Under the pieces are notes generated by a model. That model saw only the letters and a program-made list of their open reading frames with translations. It made no database searches and had not been told where the DNA came from. Below, one piece after another: positions 52,241 to 64,000 of a DNA stretch of 64,000 nt. Source of the DNA: Octopus vulgaris (Eukaryota); NCBI GenBank assembly GCA_951406725.2, contig OX597817.1, positions 16,182,001 to 16,246,000 on the forward strand, written 5' to 3'. The translations under genes and the position numbers were made by a program. Every line of letters begins with the position of its first letter. Positions within the stretch are counted from its first letter, which is position 1.

Positions 52241-53400
52241 TCTAGTCTCTATATATATAAAAGGCAGTTTGTCTGTCTGTGTGTCTGTCAGGTTGTACCC
52301 TCACCATGACCACAGCTTTCAACCGATTCTGATGAAACTTGACACACACATAGCCCAATGTCATAATTCAAAACTAACGCAGCAAAAATTTTGAAAAATT
52401 CCCCCAGTTCTGAAAAAAATCGATAAATTCGACATGGGGTCGAGAATCTAAGCTTATCATATGCAACACATTTTCCGTTGTAGTTTTCGCAACTTGCAAT
52501 CGATTTTCACCAAACTCATGGCGAAGCTTAATGTTACCCTAAGGAACTTAATTCTGACGTTAGTTTTACCATCAGAAAAAATCGATAAAATCGTGCCATT
52601 TTGGGAAATCGCATTCAAATTCAAGATGACATGTTTTCAACAATATCTTTAACAAATTGGCAGGAATTTTTTTTGAAATTCACAGCGAGCATCATGTCTG
52701 CTCCAAGGAGCTATATGGCCCTTTTGATTCCAATAGGATACGTTATTACTGGAAAAAATCGGTTAATTAGTAATGTGTCAAATATGTCAATTAGCGTTGT
52801 CGTTGGTAATTTTTTCCTTACCTCAATGACGCTGGTAACATAATTTAAAATTCCCCTTATAGGACTCTATTCATAAAAAAAAGTATAGAACTATATTATC
52901 ACCCTCAAATTTAAGAAACAAACATAACTTTTTTCTTTTAAAACTTCATTGCATGAGATTGATACCATGAAATTCCTCGAATTGAGCTCTATTATTTATG
53001 CTTGATTAAAATATAGTTTATTTTTTATATAAAAAGTTAATTAAACTTAAATCCAATTTTTTCTCATATTTTTACCTCATAACATTTTTGATACAAATTT
53101 TTGTTGCATGGAACCAAAACTGTGAAATTCTTCATGCTTTCTTCTATCATTGAAGCTAAGATAGATATATTTTCTTTTAAAATAAAAAAAAACGTTATTT
53201 AGATCTAAACTTGATTGGTGGCGCTACAAATTTTGACGTAAACTTTTTTCTGCAGGATCAAAACAATTTTTTTTAATGCCAAAATATAGCTAGAGACGAG
53301 TTCTATTCAAAAATGTTAATAGTTTTCAATTTGGTTAAGAACTGAATTAGCGACAAGCTCTGAATGATGCTGCGTGTGAGTAAATTGCGGCCTTAAGAAT
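52241..53400 (+). mobile_element. Longer Helitron-like element (3' boundary uncertain)
   Basis: A|TCTAGTCTCTATATATATAAAAGGCAG start; 52255-52447 is the inverse of about 51500-51705. No clear terminal CTAG. Confidence 0.55.
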
Positions 53401-53433
53401 ATTATTCAACTACTACTGTAGTTGAATGATATA

Positions 53434-53483
<50 letters not shown>

Positions 53484-53484
53484 C

Positions 53485-53660
53485 ACAACGCACATTTTTT
53501 TCTCTGCTTATTTCTTTCTGCGTTCCTTTCTGTGGAAGAGCGTAGGCTCGAAACGTTAAAGACTTTTCAATTCCCGAGCGTTATACTAATGCATCTGCTT
53601 GTTTTCTACACCACCTGTCTTCGTCTTTTGTTTTTTTGTGAATTCTCCATATATATATAT
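53485..53660 (+). mobile_element. Short Penelope/retrozyme-like element with a hammerhead-like fold at 53526-53561, in (TA)n
   Basis: CTTT CTGTGGA A GAGC GTAG GCTC GAAA CG TT AAAG; same geometry as 14385-14419. Confidence 0.55.
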
Positions 53661-53960
53661 ATCACCGTGACCGACCAGGCTATCAGATGTTGCTACACAT
53701 CACTGGTCACAATGCGTTTCGTATTGTTTTTTAGCCTTTAAATGACGCCACCCCGCTGGCTAAGCGAGCAGGCCAACAGAAGGAGTGAGAGAAAGTTGCG
53801 GCGAAAGAGTACAGCAGGGATTGACACCACCCTCTGCCGGAGCCTCGTGGAGCTTTAGGTGTTTTCGCTCAATAAACACTCACAATGCCTAGTCTAGGAA
53901 TCGAAACCGTGATCCTATGACTGCGAGTCCGCTGCCCTAACCACTGGGCCATTGCGCCTC

Positions 53961-53963
<3 letters not shown>
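53660..53963 (-). mobile_element. SINE family 3
   Basis: Reverse complement of the 502 head (CCACTGGGCCATTGCGCCTCCACA). Confidence 0.85.
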
Positions 53964-54002
<39 letters not shown>

Positions 54003-54177
54003 CAAATTGAGATAGGGGTTGTAAATGCAACCCTCCATGGGATAACATATATCCAATATTCTGCTAGTGAAGTACCCAACAAAGTTAATACATAAATGTT
54101 AATGATTGCGATGCAATCAATTCATTTACTGTATTATATGGGCAAAGGTAAAATGATTTACCACAAATTACTAATAC

Positions 54178-55563
54178 AAGATAAGAAAATGGAGAAATAC
54201 GTCTAAATCAAATATCAATTACCAAATAATACTCAATCACATACTTTATTAAACCACCACATAAGAGACTGTAGGGTTAAACATAAAAAAGCAGAACAAA
54301 TCAGTGTACACAAAGGAATGTACATAAAAAAGTGTACATAAAAGAGTAATGTTGTATAATAAGTAGAATATATATAAAAAAGAGAATATAAATATAAGTA
54401 AATATAAATATAAGTATAGATTACATCTTACAGCTGTTTCGGCCATGTAGATAAGTATGTCTCATTTTACCAATATTAGCCTTTTATGGTAGGTCAATAT
54501 ATGGATATAAATGAGACATTTACAAAAGTATCATAAGGCCTCTTCGGAGATATACATATACATATGAGTGCATATACTCACACTCCTATACATATAAAAA
54601 TATACATATACATAATAATGTAAATAAATAATATAAATTAGTAAACATATATATGTTCCACATACAATGTTTCAGTTTTACAACTTAACATTGTGATAAT
54701 AAACATACACATATTAGTACCTAGATGCAAATATACATAGTCAATAGTACATTATATTACTTCCTACTAATTTCCAAAGTGTCATTAAAGTTAGCATCAT
54801 TATCGTTGTCAATACCATTAATGCTACCATCATTATCATTCATAATATTGTTAATATCGCTTACGTTAGGATCCAAAGTGGCACATATGTATATCCGGGT
54901 TCCATTTAGTAATTTTCCTTATGACATAAATACAATATTATGAATGATAATGATGGTAGCTTTAATGGTATTGACAACGATAATGATGCTAACTTTAATG
55001 ACACTTTGGAAATTAGTAGGAAGTAATATAATGTACTATTGACTATGTATATTTGCATCTAGGTACTAATATGTGTATGTTTATTATCACAATGTTAAGT
55101 TGTAAAACTGAAACATTGTATGTGGAACATATATATGTTTATATGTATATTTTTATATGTATAGGAGTGTGAGTATATGCACTCATATGTATATGTATAT
55201 CTCCGAAGAGGCCTTATGATACTTTTGTAAATGTCTCATTTATATCCATATATTGACCTACCATAAAAGGCTAATATTGGTAAAATGAGACATACTTATC
55301 TACATGGCTGAAACAGCTGTAAGATGTAATCTATACTTATATTTATATTTACTTATATTTTTTTTTTATATATTCTACTTATTATACAACATTACTCTTT
55401 TATGCACACTTTTTTATGTACATTCCTTTGTGTACACTGATTTGTTCTGCTTTTTTATGTTTAACCCTACAGTCTCTTATGTGGTGGTTTAATAAAGTAT
55501 GTGATTGAGTATTATCTGATAATTGATATTTGATTTAGATGTATTTCTCCATTTTCTTATCTT
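54178..55563. mobile_element. 1.4-kb fold-back palindrome with a hammerhead fold in each arm
   Basis: Arms 54178-54851 and 54932-55563 with an 80-bp spacer; the same pseudo-ORF appears on both strands in the ORF track. Hammerhead folds at 54422-54554(-) and 55196-55328(+). Confidence 0.9.
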
Positions 55564-55574
55564 ATATATATATG

Positions 55575-55649
<75 letters not shown>

Positions 55650-55651
<2 letters not shown>

Positions 55652-55822
55652 TTAGCGGTATTTCGTATGCCTTTATGTTCTGAGTTCAAATTCCGCCGAG
55701 GTCGACTTTGCCTTTCATCCTTTCGGAGTCGATAAATTAAGTACCTACTGCGTACTGGGTCGATCTAATCGACTGGCCCCTTCCCCAAAAATTTTGGGCC
55801 TTGTGCCTAGATTAGAAAAGGA
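55650..55822 (+). mobile_element. SINE family 2 variant, 5'-truncated
   Basis: GAGTTCAAATTCCGCCGAGGTCGACTTTGCCTTTCATCC core. Confidence 0.85.
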
Positions 55823-55893
55823 TATGTGTGTGTGTATGTATGTAAGATGTTTGTATTTCTTTAATGTTCTCGTGTTAATTTCTTTCTCTCTCT

Positions 55894-55953
<60 letters not shown>

Positions 55954-56109
55954 CATGTACGTTCTTTACTAATTATTAGAAAATTTTTATCAACTGAACA
56001 GAATACATGCTCTTTACACACATGCACGGGCGCGCACCCACGCACCCATCCATCACGCACGCACACACTCGCGCACACACACACACAGACCACAAACACA
56101 CGCGCGCTT

Positions 56110-56680
56110 ACATACGTACATACATGGTGGCTGCCCCCTCGTTATCAAGTATGGCCATTGCACGAAGCTTAATAAATGTTGTTATCGTGCAATGCCTGTG
56201 CAAGAAGATTTTTTTTTCAAGTGAGGAAAGGCTGTGCACTGAGTCAATCTCACTCACTAAGCAACAGCAGCCATAATCCGAAAAGAAGAACAAGTCAACA
56301 TCATCGGTAACCACTGAGCCGCAGGTTTTATGTCGGAGTTATCTCAGTTACCTGAGTTACCTTCTCCTAGAAGGATGCCCTGACAAAGGCTAGAAGTCCT
56401 TCACTCCCAATGGTTTAACCGCGCGATTGGGTATTCAGTCCGATTATTTCTATGTCCCCGCGCATGATACAGCCATAAAACATTTATTGGATGGCCATTG
56501 ACTCTCAAGAGTTCCTCCGCCCTTTGATGGGTTTTGTTTTTCATCCCGCAGAGTGTCCAATAAACACCCTCCTCACCAAGCAAGCTTGGCGGGGTTGCCG
56601 GTTTAGTCGCCGGCGACCCGACCATGCAACAGGTTGTACTGGGTTACACGTTACCGGTAGCACTTGAAAGTGACCTGACA
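56110..56680 (-). mobile_element. Non-autonomous RTE-related retroposon (RTE UTR-like parts, (TATG)n tail)
   Basis: CCTTCTCCTAGA motif shared with 61984-61994; GGCTGCCCCCTCGTTATC end shared with 57531-57548; 56485-56680 repeated at 62330-62513. Confidence 0.65.
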
Positions 56681-56761
56681 TACATACATACATACATACA
56701 TACATACATACATACATACATACATACATACATACATACATAGGTACGTACATACATACAT

Positions 56762-57000
56762 ATGTTGAACTATTGAGAAATTTGCAGTTAATCTATCCAG
56801 ATTACAAGTTCAGATATATATATGTAATTGTTGGGGTCCTGGGATATGTAACACACTGCCTAAATACCAATCTTGAGAAATTAGGCTTCTCAAAGCCAGA
56901 AAGGAGAAAGCTAATTCGAAGATTACAGATCCAATGCATCACTGGAACTGTAAAAATCTGTAAAACCTTCCAGAAGTTTATCATATATGAGCATGTCTAG
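56762..57000 (+). mobile_element. 3' fragment of an R4/Dong-type (restriction-like endonuclease) non-LTR retrotransposon
   Basis: YVELLRNLQLIYPDYKFRYIYVIVGVLG...[20 protein letters not shown] matches the RLE C-terminus pattern (VIGALG...IQ...GT..I); flanked by (TACA)n and (TA)n. Confidence 0.7.
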
Positions 57001-57019
57001 ATATGCAACTATATGTATG

Positions 57020-57020
57020 G

Positions 57021-57105
<85 letters not shown>

Positions 57106-57265
57106 CATACATACATACATACATACATACATGCATGCATACATACATACATACATACAAACACACACATACATACATACATACATACATACATACATAC
57201 ATACATACATACATACATACATACATACATACATACATACATACATACATACATACATACATACA
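57020..57265. repeat. (TA)n/(TACA)n microsatellite
   Basis: Direct reading. Confidence 0.97.
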
Positions 57266-57447
57266 AATCTTCAGTGGAAGATTTATAATAATTAAAAATG
57301 TAGAAGAGACATACATACATATATACATGCAAAAATACCCTGTTGTTGATGTTAAAATTCCAGTGAAGGAGCCTTGAATCTAGGTTAGAAACCGGCTCTT
57401 TTCCTATGGGCAAGAAATCTTGAAATAAAGCTGAACAATGGCATACA

Positions 57448-57481
<34 letters not shown>

Positions 57482-57603
57482 CATACATACATACATACAT
57501 ACATACATACATACATACATACATACATTATGGCTGCCCCCTCGTTATCGAGCATGGCCATTGCACGAAGCTTAACTGTTACTGGTGCTGTGATCGAATG
57601 TGA

Positions 57604-60600
57604 TACATACATACATACATACATACATACATACATACATACATACATACATACATGATGGTTGCCAACTTCATTTCGCGTAAAGCCATTGCCTGATTTC
57701 TTTACGCCCTGGGAATATCATTGGTGAACTGCACAAATATGGTTTTTGAGGCCTGCCAAAGGCTTGCATGCTTTTTGACAATTAGTACAGGAAGACTTGG
57801 TGATCGTATTAGTTTACACCTCCATGAACTTTACTGTGCCTTTTCGAGCCACTTTTTGATCTGCATACTTTATGAGGGAGTATGCATTCGAAATCGTCTG
57901 TCCATCTATAATCAATGTGCGGTTGTGCAATGTGTGATTTCATATGGTTCTTTAGCGCAGCCTTACTAAGACAAATCTTTCCATATTCATCACTTTTAAG
58001 ATCATCATGTTTATTAATGCTTGTTAGAACATCATTCCTGTCAGTTTTTTCTCATCATTCTTTCCATCTTTGCATGCTCCATCTTTGCATGCTCCATCTT
58101 CATCCTTTCAAATTCATTTTTACCTTCATACACAACTTTTTTCCATTTTTTTTTTTTTTTTTTGGCAATGCGTTAAATCTTCCCTGTTGTCTATTGGAAC
58201 ATTTATCTTATTCAATCCCTGCTTCAGGCAATCCTAGTTCCTCATCTCTGGTTTATGGGACGAACGCTTACCTGTCACCAATTCTCCCTAAAATGTTGTT
58301 TAGGCATTCTGTTGTCTGTCATTCTGAGTGTCCACTCCATCTCAATCTGTACTCAAATAACAAAGCTTCAGTACTGAAGCTTTTCCCTCTTTCAAGCACA
58401 TCATCGTCATTCACAAACATTTTCCAGCTGATCCTCAAAATCCTTCCGAGACGTTGTTGATGAAAACATTCCATAAATTTTAAGTGCTTACGATACACAG
58501 TCCCGGTTTCGCAAGCATACAGTAAAGAGGATAAGATAACATGTATACCTTAATCTTTGTCGCAGTGGAAATACCATGTCTACACCATAGGTGATCTTCC
58601 AGTTTGCCAAAAGCAAGACTGGCTTTCTGAATGCGTAGTGACACTTCATCATCAAGATTCGCTGATGTGTTTTAGTGTGCTCCCAAGTAAATAAACTTAG
58701 AAACCACAGCAAGTTTTGTTCCATACACGAAGATACCAGGTTCTATGTATGGCATTCCTGCTGCTGGCTGAAACATGACAACGGTTTTGGTTAGATTTAT
58801 AGTTAAGCCAAGTGCCTCACAAGCCATTGAAATTGCATTCATAAGATTTTGCATGTCCTTCTCAGTATGAGTGACAATATCACAATCATCTGCATAGAGA
58901 AGATCTCTAGTAAGCGTTGAGGACGTCCTTGACTTAGCTGACAGTCTTCTGATGTGAGAAATTTTTCCTGTTGTACGATATCTGATATACAGGAGTTGGA
59001 CAAAATAATGGAGACACGAAGCATCATAGCATCATAATTTTGAAATATCTATAAAACCGTCAAAAGCTTGTCTATTTTTATGTCTTTTGATTTATTATTA
59101 GTGTTGCTTCATATGTTTTGCTAAAATTACTGTTTCTTTTCAGATATAATCAGAAAAAGGTAATTAAAATTCATTAAAATGACAGATCTATCGGACTTTC
59201 AAAGAGGTCAAAATGTTGGTGCTCGTATGGCAGGCGCTAGCGTAACGAAAACACCCGAAATGTTTGATGTATCAAGAAGTACTGTCTCGAAAGTAAAATA
59301 CAGCCTTTGAAAAAGTGGGAAAAACCTCCTCGTCGAAACAAAACTCCGGAAGAAAACCAAAACTTTCAGATAGGGCCCGTCGAACTCTTAAGTGAATTGT
59401 GAGAAAGAATCAAATAAGTACAGCTCCCCAAATTACTGAAGAGCTTAATGATCACCTCGAGAACCCAGTTTCCACAAAAACTGTTCGCCGGGAGCTGCAC
59501 AAAACCAGATTTCATGGGAGGGCTGCAATCAGAAAACCACTACTTTCCAAAACAAACGTTGCAAAGCATCTACAGTAGAGTAAAAACTTACAGAATTGGT
59601 CCCTATAGAAGAGGAAGAATGTTATTTTCTCGGACGAGTCATCCTTTACCTTATTTCCGACCACCGGCCGAGTATACGTGTGGAGATAGCTAAAAGAAGC
59701 ATTTGATCCAGACTGCCTTCTTCTAACTGTTAAACATGGAGGAGGATCTGTGACGATCTGGGGTGAGGGGCTATATCTTGGAAATCTGCCGGCCCAATAG
59801 TTTCCATCATGGCAGAGTTAATAATTAAGACTATTTAAGCATTTTATCTGATCAAATTTATCCTGTGGTTGCGGAACTGTTTCCGGAGGGAAACGCAATC
59901 TTTCTGTATGATAATGCACCAATTCACACAGCTAAATTTGTTACTGAATGGCACGAGGAACATTCTAGTCAAATTGAACATCTTATGTGGCCACCACAGT
60001 CTCCAGGGCTCAATATTATTGAACATTTATGGTGCATTTTAGAAAAACAACTAAGGAGTCGATTTCCTCCACCATCGTCACTACAAGAACTGGAGACTGT
60101 TTTAGCTGAAGAATGAACAAAAATTCCTTTGGAAATAATTCACACTTTGTGCAAATCCATACCTTGTAGAATTCAAGCTGTAAATTCTACCAAAGGCGGC
60201 CCAACCCCATATTAAAATAAATTTGTTTGAAATTTTAATGTGTTTCCATTATTTTGTCCAGCCCCTGTGCTGGACAAAATGTCTCTGTGCTCCCTCCACC
60301 GCTCCTATTCTTCACATGAGCCAAAGTAGGACATGATGGCCCATACACCTCACGAAGGAGGGTATATAACAACTTAGTGTTCTTAACATTGGAAGCAGCC
60401 TCTATCTCTTCTGCTTTCTCCCGCCACCAAATATCCCGAATGCTTCGAATCTTCCTTGGCACATCTGCTTTTATCTCTTTGAAAAAAGCTCTATTTTGGT
60501 CAGAACCATTTGCTAGTAATAAATGCAATGCCTTTCGTTTTTCTTCCAACAAATGTTAATATTTCCATCAATTTCATCAAACCAATCTTGATGTTTCTTC

Positions 60601-62035
60601 TTTTTTACTCCTAAAACTTCTTTACTTAAATTGTATAGTTGTCCCCTGAAGTCCATCCTCTCATCTGCCCAATCCAAATTTTCGATTTTCTGCTGAAATT
60701 CTACGCTAACTGTTTTATCCTTAAGGAGATTCACATTCAGACGTTTAGGGATGCCAGTGCCACTTTGTCTACTTTTTGGCTTCACTACAAACTTGATCTT
60801 CTCACGAACCAAACGATGATCTGTCCAACATTCTGCTCCCAGCATGACCCTCACTATACAGAAATCTCTCTTATCTCGGTTTCTTGTTATCATTATAGTC
60901 TATCAGCTGCCATTGTTTTGAACCGGGGTGCATCCATGTAGTTTTGAACTTCTCTTTTTGCTGAAAAGCAGTGTTCATAATAAATAGATTCCGCTCAGAA
61001 CACATCTGTAACAAAAGTAAGCCATTGCTGTTACAATTTCCCACACCGAGTCTTCCAATCACACCCCATGTTTCATGATCTTTACCAACTGGGCATTAAA
61101 ATCGCCCAATATCATAATCTTATCCTCGTGTGGAATTTTGCGGATATTTTCTTTCGGAGCATCATAAAAGGAAAGCTTTTCATGATCAGATGCATTCATA
61201 GTTTGTGTATAAACACTAACAAGTGTTACATACCGACCCTTTTTCTAAAGGCAACCTCAGCAAAATCATTCTATCATTTACACTGTATGGCAATTCCTCT
61301 AACTTATCAACCAAGGAGGTTTTCAGAGCAAAAAGCAGCACCACTTTCTTTCTTTGCAATTTTCTTTTTCTTCTTTCCCACTCCACTAAAATGTGTAGCC
61401 ACTGGGTTTCTCAGTAAAGTTAATTTGCCCAAGAAATTTAGTCTCAGATAATGCCACAATGTCCATTGTATACTTTTGCATCTCCTTACCAATAAGAGCA
61501 GACCTTCTCTCCGAGTATCTTTTATTTGATTCTGAATCTAATAATGTTCTTACATTCCAGCATCCAATATTCATGGAAACGTTTATGTTGTTGTTGCTAC
61601 ACGCAGTAACAGAATGACGATCGAGCCCAGGCTGCGATACCCCGGGGCACCTGCCGGACCTGACCTGTTCACCTCTGGATCCCAAGGCCTTTTTGTCATT
61701 TACATTTTTATAGTTTATGGATCTTATAATTGTATTTAAACCTTTTTTTCAGGCTACGACCAGCCCTATTCATTTAGTTCGTGTAACTTCAGCAAAATTT
61801 ACTCAAGCAATACCCGTGCCAGAAACTTTTTAAAGTGAGGAGAGAGAGCTTGCACTCACCCAATCCCACTCTCTAAGTACCGAAAGCATAAAGTACCAAA
61901 AGCATAAGTACCAAAACCCATAAAGAGGAATAGATCCTTATCAATGGATGCTCTTTGAGACTGCAGATTCAATTCCGGAGTATCCTTCTCCTAGATAGCT
62001 TGTCATCCAAGACTAAAGAACTACTATCCTCCCAT
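57604..62035 (-). mobile_element. Decayed RTE (BovB-like) LINE with AP endonuclease, partial RT, three C2H2 fingers and (TATG)n tail
   Basis: MNIGCWNVRTL...DIVALSET (from 61574), TWMHPGSKQWQLIDY, WTDHRLV, LLYADD (~58885-58902), GLTINLTKT, FIYLG; many stops and frameshifts. Confidence 0.92.
58990..60267 (+). mobile_element. Tc1-family DNA transposon, DD36E type, full length but pseudogenised (ORF 59179-60215)
   Basis: TA|CAGGAGTTGGACAAAATAATGG ... CCATTATTTTGTCCAGCCCCTG TIRs. MTDLSDFQRGQ...SRSTVSKV HTH, FSDES, DNAPIH...SPGLNIIE, GGPTPY*. Confidence 0.93.
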
Positions 62036-62537
62036 CGTAGTGGCTTTACATGCACTCACACCGACACACACACACAGACACATTAACAGCCACAAAGTTA
62101 GTAATAATGAATACACACCATCATACATACGGAACAAGGTTAAGAAATATATAAATACATATATACATAATACAAATAAAAGTATAAAAAATATATACAT
62201 ATATACAAAAAACTGCCATGCACATAATACACGTAAAATTATTCATAAAAATTCATTAAAAAATACACACAAGAATACACACACACACAGACACAACACA
62301 AAATACACACTCACAATTTTTCATATTTCATTGGATGGCCGTTGACTCTTCTAAGTTCTTCCGCCCTTTGACGAGTCTTGTTTTTTTTTATATCCTGCAA
62401 GGTATTCAACAGTCACCTTCCTCAAAAGGTAAGCTTGGTGAAATTGCCGGTTTAGTCGCCGACGACCCGATCCTGGGATACATGTTACCAGTAGCACATA
62501 AGAGCAACCTGACATAAAATCGTATATAAATATATAG

Positions 62538-62757
62538 CAGTGCTTTTCTACCTTTTTTCCTGGAGCGGAACCCCAAGGAAACATTCCACTGGCTCGAGGA
62601 ACCCCTGTGCAATAATATAATAGTCTTTTGCATACATATCTGCACAGGAGAATTAAAAATTACTGCCGATTTTAGCAGTTTTGTAACTTCTTGCGGAACC
62701 CCTGGACTGTACTGGCGGAACCCTAAGGTTCCGCGGAACCCTGGTTGAAAACCACTG
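62538..62757. mobile_element. hAT-type MITE
   Basis: CAGTG...CACTG termini, repeated GCGGAACCC subterminal motifs, perfect 8-bp TSD ATATATAG (62530-62537 and 62758-62765). Confidence 0.9.
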
Positions 62758-63736
<979 letters not shown>

Positions 63737-63804
63737 CGGCATTTATTATTCTTAAGAATGTTGTTGACTGTGACCTCGAAGTTTCAACCGGTTAAGCCAT
63801 CGTC

Positions 63805-64000
63805 GGCTTGTTTCAGTCGTTTTACTTGTTTCAATCAGATTGCGGCCATGCTAAAGCACCGCCTTGTAGGGATTTTTTGTCGAAGAAATTAGCTTATTTC
63901 TTAAAGCCTAGTAATTATTCCAACGATTCTTTTGCCGAACCGCTAGATTACGAGGATGTAAGCACATCGACACCGGTTGTCAAGCGGTGATGAGGGACAA
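63805..64000 (-). mobile_element. Decayed SINE family 1 tail (window edge)
   Basis: TTTTACTTGTTTCA...TGCGGCCATGCT...GCCGAACCGCTA...GGTTGTCAAGC. Confidence 0.8.

Noticed and set aside
56923-57648. Long YI/MYVC/HTYI ORFs, also at 49.0-49.8 kb and 63.3-63.9 kb
   Set aside because: Pure microsatellite translations.

Overview
AT-rich, repeat-dense eukaryotic genomic DNA. The SINE, LINE and microsatellite inventory looks like a coleoid cephalopod, most likely Octopus (inference from repeat families, not database-confirmed). Only one convincing host coding segment is present: the first coding exon of a CDK4/CDK6-like kinase on the minus strand (26973-27217). It has a 4-codon uORF ending 1 nt before its ATG, a probable non-coding first exon and promoter near 48.2-48.7 kb, and a downstream intron that runs off the left edge (>27 kb). 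The rest is intronic or upstream DNA filled with tRNA-derived SINEs, 3' ends of an RTE-X-like LINE carrying hairpin arrays, Helitron-like elements, piggyBac- and hAT-type MITEs, Tc1/mariner relics (including a DD36E element), a decayed RTE LINE with three C-terminal C2H2 fingers, and microsatellites. The most unusual signal is four unrelated short non-coding elements that each carry a minimal type-I hammerhead-ribozyme fold of the Penelope/retrozyme kind. Two are long head-to-head fold-back palindromes and one is fused to a tRNA-like Pol III head. Nearly all ORFs in the supplied track are spurious translations of repeats.
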